From the NCBI GenBank assembly GCA_011109175.1, contig RDEW01000001.1, forward strand, positions 1,254,360 through 1,318,359: a stretch of 64,000 nt of DNA, given 5' to 3'. A program made the translations under genes and the position numbers. Source of the DNA: Dicyema japonicum (taxonomy: Eukaryota; Animalia; Dicyemida). Under the pieces are notes generated by a model, which saw only the letters and a list, made by a program, of their open reading frames with translations, made no database searches and had not been told where the DNA came from. Shown one piece after another: positions 61,900 through 64,000 of this stretch (positions within the stretch are counted from its first letter, which is position 1; each line of letters starts with the position of its first letter).

Positions 61900-62720
61900 A
61901 AATGTCAAGGTTTCCTGCGTTTTTGACGAAGAAACCCATTTTGGAAAAATGTTACTCATGCGGGAAATTCGACCGGAAGATCGTGAATTTATAGACGTTA
62001 TTATGGAGAAACCGAAAACAATTTTGAGTAAATGGTCTTTCAAAGTCAATGAAGATAAAACTGAAGTAACCTCTATTGAAAGAACTCCAACCCATTTAAA
62101 AAAAGTGGAGGAACACCCGAAAACTCGGATCGTTACTTGGCGATTCAGAAGATATCACACGACGAAAGACATTGGCGACAATAGCACTTAAAAATCACGA
62201 TCTATTCTAATAAGAAAGAATAAAATTTATACGCTTATTTAATGATTTGTCTGACCAGTCTTCATGTACAACGCGGGTACTTGGGAAACATCGAAGAAAG
62301 ATATGGACAACTCGACTCATTTCATAGAGGCCAACTAAAAATACTCATTGGATATTCTTGCCCAAAGAAAATCTCAAACAATAAATTATAAAGACTGAGT
62401 GATCGTGGACCAATAAGTGTGAACGTACTTGAAGCCTGCTGGCGCCTTTTTCGACATATTTTACGGATGGATGAAGAAACACCACGCAATGCTGTCATGG
62501 AAGAATTTTTCGCCCATACTGAATCTTCTACATTCAGAGGACGTCCAAGAAGTTGTCTTCCGACACTGCGGAGATTATCCTGTGCTTGGGGGTCGATTGA
62601 TGGATGCAGACGATCTGGACAAAATCAGGAAACTAGCACCACGACGAAAGGGATGGAGAAGGCTAACGGCAAGAATAATCGAAAAATATGGGACAAGCGA
62701 AACCATAAACAGTGTTTACT
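61900..62720 (+). mobile_element. RTE-like LINE 3' portion
   Basis: LSKWSFKVNEDKTE, PVFMYNAGTW, WRLFRHILRMDEETPRNAVMEEFF...FRGRPR. Confidence 0.85.
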
Positions 62721-63139
62721 GGTAACGCTGATGTGCATTAACTAACAAACCATATTTACCTAAAGCGTCAGCGTAATGGCGGAACACTCGTAAAGAGTCC
62801 AAGAGTTAATTATGCTTGGATCTTTTAATTATTTGACTTTGACACCTTAGTACTCTTAAGATTTCTTAAATGAAATAAATACAATTTAATCACAACTTAT
62901 AAGAACTTAGGTGGTACTCAGTCGTGTCCTATTCTAATGGAAACTCTGGCCATTAAGTAAGGTTAGAGCTATAATACAAGATAAGAGGAACTAGAAAGTA
63001 GAGCAATCAAAGTCTTTTCTCCGTTACTGTGTAAATTGACCCATATGCCACGCACTATAGGCGTGGAGTGGAGTATTATAATAAGTATTATAACTCTAAA
63101 TATGAGTGTGGGGTGGATATGAAAAAATTGTTGATTTTT

Positions 63140-63460
63140 TTATTTATTAACCCCGGATACACCGAGAAAGAAGTTAAAGTAAACTACTAATTAAGTGTAT
63201 CCAGTTTCCACTTCTACAGAAGCAGAGTCCATCCGGAATCAGCATAAAAGGTAAGACGTCCACTACATGCAGTTGTGGAAACCCCTCCAGTGGAGTGGGG
63301 AAGAGCAAATGATCCTTTTTCGTGCCGGCCTGGCACTGGGCGTCACCTAGACAGGTGGATCATATGACGCCACTCTAATAGGAAGAGAAAAGAGGAACAG
63401 ACAAGCAAGCAGAAAACTTCAACCAAGCAGCACCACATGGCGCTACGCGGATATAGGCCA
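63140..63460 (-). mobile_element. SINE-like family B, best-preserved copy
   Basis: Tail tcggtgtatccggggttaataaataa; body matches 58415-58748. Confidence 0.8.
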
Positions 63461-64000
63461 ATCTCAAATTCAAAATTTTGGACCTTTTTTGACTTTTTGG
63501 AAGTGTGACAGGTATTTACATAAATTTATAAATTATTAATTAATTAAAAATAAATTAAATAATTAAAAAACAAATAAAATTTTAAATCATTGATCGCTAT
63601 TCACACGGTTTGAATTAATTTGGTTTGCTATCAAACATAACATTTAGTGTTAACTAAAAGTCGTAAAAATCTGGAATGTTAAACACTTTGTGATTAAAAT
63701 AAATTTAAATACAAGTCACTGTCAAGAAATATACCAAGGAATGAAAATCCCCAAACATGGAAATAATAAAAGGAAGAAAAATTTAAAATCAAGGTAATAA
63801 TCCTTAAATTGACTAACAGCAAGGCAATTTCAACGTGATTGAAAATAATCGATGCATTAGTATTTAAAGCAACAAATTATATAAAACAGTATTGGACTGT
63901 ACTGCATAAATATTTATGTGGAAAATATCGGAAATTAAAAGGATCGATTCCATACAAATAAACTAATTTGTCGAATATCACTCATATACCTGAGGATAGA

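Noticed and set aside
63048-63066. GC hairpin ccacgc-actatag-gcgtgg as a Helitron 3' end
   Set aside because: No CTRR terminus follows and there is no Rep/helicase relic nearby.

Overview
AT-rich eukaryotic (animal) nuclear DNA in the standard genetic code. Compact gene islands alternate with heavily decayed transposable elements. The ORF track is fragmented because the genes are split by tiny spliceosomal introns, mostly 19-28 nt (GT-AG, one GC-AG). By my recollection of the human genes, many of these introns sit at the same codon positions as in the human orthologues. That architecture fits a dicyemid mesozoan best, which is an inference and was not checked. Hand-spliced genes I recognise: a DDX5/DDX17-type DEAD-box helicase, a Ral-like GTPase, RPS16, a PDZ protein, a C3orf20/FAM194-like gene, LAMTOR4, LETM1, a histidine acid phosphatase, ALDH2, a Cdc42-like GTPase, a C2orf81-like gene, tRNA-Thr(AGT), and several hypothetical multi-exon genes. 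Mobile-element relics include RTE-like, Jockey/I-like (APE-RT), CRE-like and R4/Dong-like LINEs, three SINE-like families, a pogo/Tigger element, and CGGBP1-type hAT elements, one of which retains its TIRs and an 8-bp TSD. The most notable signals are: roughly 5-fold enrichment of CACGTG (mostly CACGTGG), including inside exons; 3n-length micro-introns that nearly always carry an in-frame stop; a Ral lacking its CaaX box and carrying Glu at the Q61-equivalent position; and a DDX5-like helicase with a mitochondrial-type presequence. Several 1-nt indels in otherwise intact genes look like assembly errors. No CRISPR, rRNA or prokaryotic features were seen. All coordinates and counts are by eye; gene spans include introns.
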